Shown here: piece after piece, positions 34,078-35,441 of the stretch
Numbering within the stretch: the first letter of the stretch is position 1
Layout: every line of letters starts with the position of its first letter
From: an uncultured bacterium
GTDB taxonomy: Bacteria > Patescibacteriota > Microgenomatia > UBA1400 > UBA12108
DNA length: 35,441 bases
Direction: 5' to 3'
Assembly (NCBI GenBank): GCA_963981525.1
Contig: CAXCDZ010000002.1
Location: forward strand, 1-35,441
Notes under the pieces: generated by a model
What the model was told of the DNA's origin: nothing
Database searches by the model: none
What the model saw: the letters and a program-made list of their open reading frames with translations, nothing else
Program-made: the position numbers and the translations under genes

Positions 34078-34374
34078 ATGAAAACAAAGAATCAAAACTA
34101 TAACAAGTTTAAGCGAGAAATGTTGGGTGGCCGACCTGGACTAAGAGCGCTATATGCCAAGTCAGAGGCCAAACACATCTTAATATGTGAAGCAATTGAC
34201 GCTAGGCTTGCAATGGATATGACGCAAACTGAGTTAGCTAGAAAAATGGGAACTAAGCAAACAGTGATCTCTCGGTTTGAAAGTGGATTAGCTAATCCTA
34301 CATATGATTTTTTGGTGAAGCTAGCATCTGCTCTGGGTCGCAAATTGACTATTAGTTTGCCGCAGGCTATTTAG
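34078..34374 (+). CDS. XRE-family HTH protein, HigA-like antitoxin
   Basis: 98 aa. MTQTELARKMGTKQTVISRFESGLANPTYDFLVKLASALGRKL is a Cro/C1-type HTH. It follows the toxin remnant directly. Start set at ATG 34078, because the track start at 34042 is a TTG inside the -35 box. Confidence 0.8.
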   Translation: MKTKNQNYNKFKREMLGGRPGLRALYAKSEAKHILICEAIDARLAMDMTQTELARKMGTKQTVISRFESGLANPTYDFLVKLASALGRKLTISLPQAI

Positions 34375-34711
34375 TGCGTTCGACGCTGATTTCACACTCG
34401 GTGACCATGGCGGCGATTGCGCCGATCACGACAAGAGGAGCTGCCAAGACTGCGCCAATGACGCCAACAGTGACTGGCATGACGAAGATGGTTTTGCCCT
34501 TACTGTCTCTGACTGTGATCCTTCTGACATTGCCCTCTTTGATGAGTTCTTTGATCTTTTTGGTGACTTGCTTGCCCTTGAGCTTGTAGGTTTCTTCGGT
34601 GGACTTTTTGGTAATCTTTTTACGGGTAGTCTTCTTTTTTGTTGTGGTTTTCCCCGAAGGCTTTCGGGACTTCGCGGATTTTGATTTTGCTTGCTTTTTT
34701 GCTGCTGGCAT
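34367..34711 (-). CDS. DUF4342-like small protein with a Lys-rich N-terminal tail
   Basis: 114 aa. YKLKGKQVTKKIKELIKEGNVRRITVRDSKGKTIFVMPVTVGVIGAVLAAPLVVIGAIAAMVTECEISVER matches my recollection of the DUF4342 pattern. AAGGAG SD is supplied by the short repeat at 34719-34741. The 3' end overlaps the antitoxin convergently by 8 nt. Confidence 0.6.
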   Translation of the reverse strand: MPAAKKQAKSKSAKSRKPSGKTTTKKKTTRKKITKKSTEETYKLKGKQVTKKIKELIKEGNVRRITVRDSKGKTIFVMPVTVGVIGAVLAAPLVVIGAIAAMVTECEISVERTK

Positions 34712-34718
34712 GTGACTC

Positions 34719-34741
34719 TCCTTCGGCTTGCTCAGGACAAG
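34719..34741 (+). repeat. Short GC-rich repeat TCCTTCGGCTTGCTCAGGACAAG, intergenic copy
   Basis: 21/23 identical to 32060-32082. On the minus strand it forms the hairpin GCTTG-TCCTGAG-CAAGC, immediately followed by CCGAAGGAGA, which is the SD of the DUF4342 gene. Confidence 0.75.
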
Positions 34742-34785
34742 CTTATTTATTTATAACTGATATATCTATTGTAATCGAAATTCTC

Positions 34786-35064
34786 TTATAATCCAAAAGT
34801 TTCTATGAGGCGGTACGCGACAAAGGCGGGCCAGAGAAGAACTTTGACAATTGTGGAGACTAGTTCTGAAGAAACTGGCATGTGCTGGAAGTAGTAGAAA
34901 GCTGCGCCGATTATGCCAAGGCCGTAGATGGCACTGCCAGAATTGTTGTGGCAGCGTGGTTTGCAGCCACCGCAGCCTTTGTGTGCACCGATTGCATTCG
35001 TTAGCTCTTCGAGCTTTTCTTCCCAGTTAACTTTGTCTTTGGTGGTCTTTTTTGCTGTTGGCAT
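34786..35064 (-). CDS. Small membrane protein with a Lys-rich N-terminus and a CGGCKPRC motif (92 aa)
   Basis: Start set at ATG 35062-35064 (MPTAKKTTKDK), with AGGAG 7 nt upstream. Has two hydrophobic segments (AIYGLGIIGAAFYYF and VKVLLWPAFVAY). No family recognised. Confidence 0.5.
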   Translation of the reverse strand: MPTAKKTTKDKVNWEEKLEELTNAIGAHKGCGGCKPRCHNNSGSAIYGLGIIGAAFYYFQHMPVSSELVSTIVKVLLWPAFVAYRLIETFGL

Positions 35065-35124
35065 TTTTTCTCCTATAAGCAGATATTTATAATAGTATTC
35101 TAGCATTACTGGTATACTGAATAT

Positions 35125-35441
35125 ATGGCAAGAATTAAACGTACACACCACAAGTCTCCTTTTGCGGAGTATTTTAACTATCTCTCGAAAATTGATCGAG
35201 GGAAGAGATACTCTAAAGAATACGGATCGATCCTAATCCTTTCCCTGATGGAAGAGGTGGGTGAGATGGCAAGAGCGTATCTAGCAGAGCATGGGCGCAA
35301 ACCACTGAACCTAGCAGCTCAAAACGATGAGTCATATGAGCAGGAACTGGGAGATCTGGTAGTGACGATCCTCCGGTTTGCCCGCACGAAAGATATTGAT
35401 TTGCATGGGCGAGTAATGGATACACTGACGAAGATTGAGAA
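35125..35441 (+). CDS. MazG-like nucleotide pyrophosphohydrolase domain protein, 3' end beyond the right edge
   Basis: Own translation from ATG 35125: MARIKRTHHKSPFAEYFNYL...LSLMEEVGEMARAYLAEHG...SYEQELGDLVVTILRFARTKDIDL. This is the EExGE...ExxD four-helix MazG signature. TATACT lies 6 nt before the ATG. Confidence 0.65.
   Translation, partial: MARIKRTHHKSPFAEYFNYLSKIDRGKRYSKEYGSILILSLMEEVGEMARAYLAEHGRKPLNLAAQNDESYEQELGDLVVTILRFARTKDIDLHGRVMDTLTKIE

Overview
This 35.4-kb window is gene-dense, uses the standard genetic code (TGA acts as a stop, for example at the pilN/pilO ATGA junction), and looks like a small, reduced bacterial genome. Compact versions of core proteins (Lon without its N-domain, minimal IF2, short HrcA/GrpE/TIM) sit beside cell-envelope genes (MurJ, FemX, LCP, PMT-type GT-C, L,D-transpeptidase, PilN/PilO). 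This suggests a Candidate Phyla Radiation/Patescibacteria-like organism, but that is inference only. Gene order is as follows. Minus strand, 1-20203: lon (partial), ykuD-like, pnp, rpsO, degenerate DHH-like gene, infB, nusA, secreted protein, dnaJ-like, upp remnant, small ORFs, two Cof-type HAD genes, HIT, dnaK, grpE, hrcA, lepA, murJ. Plus strand, 20353-26387: rpsT, pilN-like, pilO-like, a small membrane protein and three large surface proteins. Minus strand, 26481-30684: two-module GT-C glycosyltransferase, LCP, tpiA. Mixed strands, 30774-35441: pcrA/uvrD, femX, a truncated HigB-like toxin with an intact HigA-like antitoxin, a DUF4342 protein, a small Cys-containing membrane protein, and a partial MazG-like gene. 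No rRNA, tRNA or CRISPR array was seen. Main observations beyond the genes: (1) A roughly 56-73 nt palindromic repeat family has six copies, all in the same orientation. Its terminal stems co-vary in a compensatory way. Some copies lie inside reading frames: one supplies the grpE C-terminus and stop codon, one is an in-frame insertion in the GT-C gene, and one sits at the LCP/GT-C junction. This resembles Rickettsia RPE or REP/MITE-type elements. (2) A second short repeat, TCCTTCGGCWKGCTCAGGACAAG, occurs once in-frame inside pcrA/uvrD and once as the SD-bearing leader of the DUF4342 gene. (3) Two CIRCE operators lie over promoters, one for hrcA-grpE-dnaK and one for a separate dnaJ-like gene. 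(4) A -10 box lies 6-7 nt before the ATG at eight or more first-in-unit genes, which looks like leaderless transcription, while internal genes carry AGGAG-type SD sequences. (5) Identical 26-nt palindromes bracket the HAD gene pair. (6) A tightly coupled pilN/pilO-like plus surface-protein operon has no pilM, ATPase or pilin gene in the window. (7) Decay products are present: an internally deleted upp and a 5'-truncated toxin.
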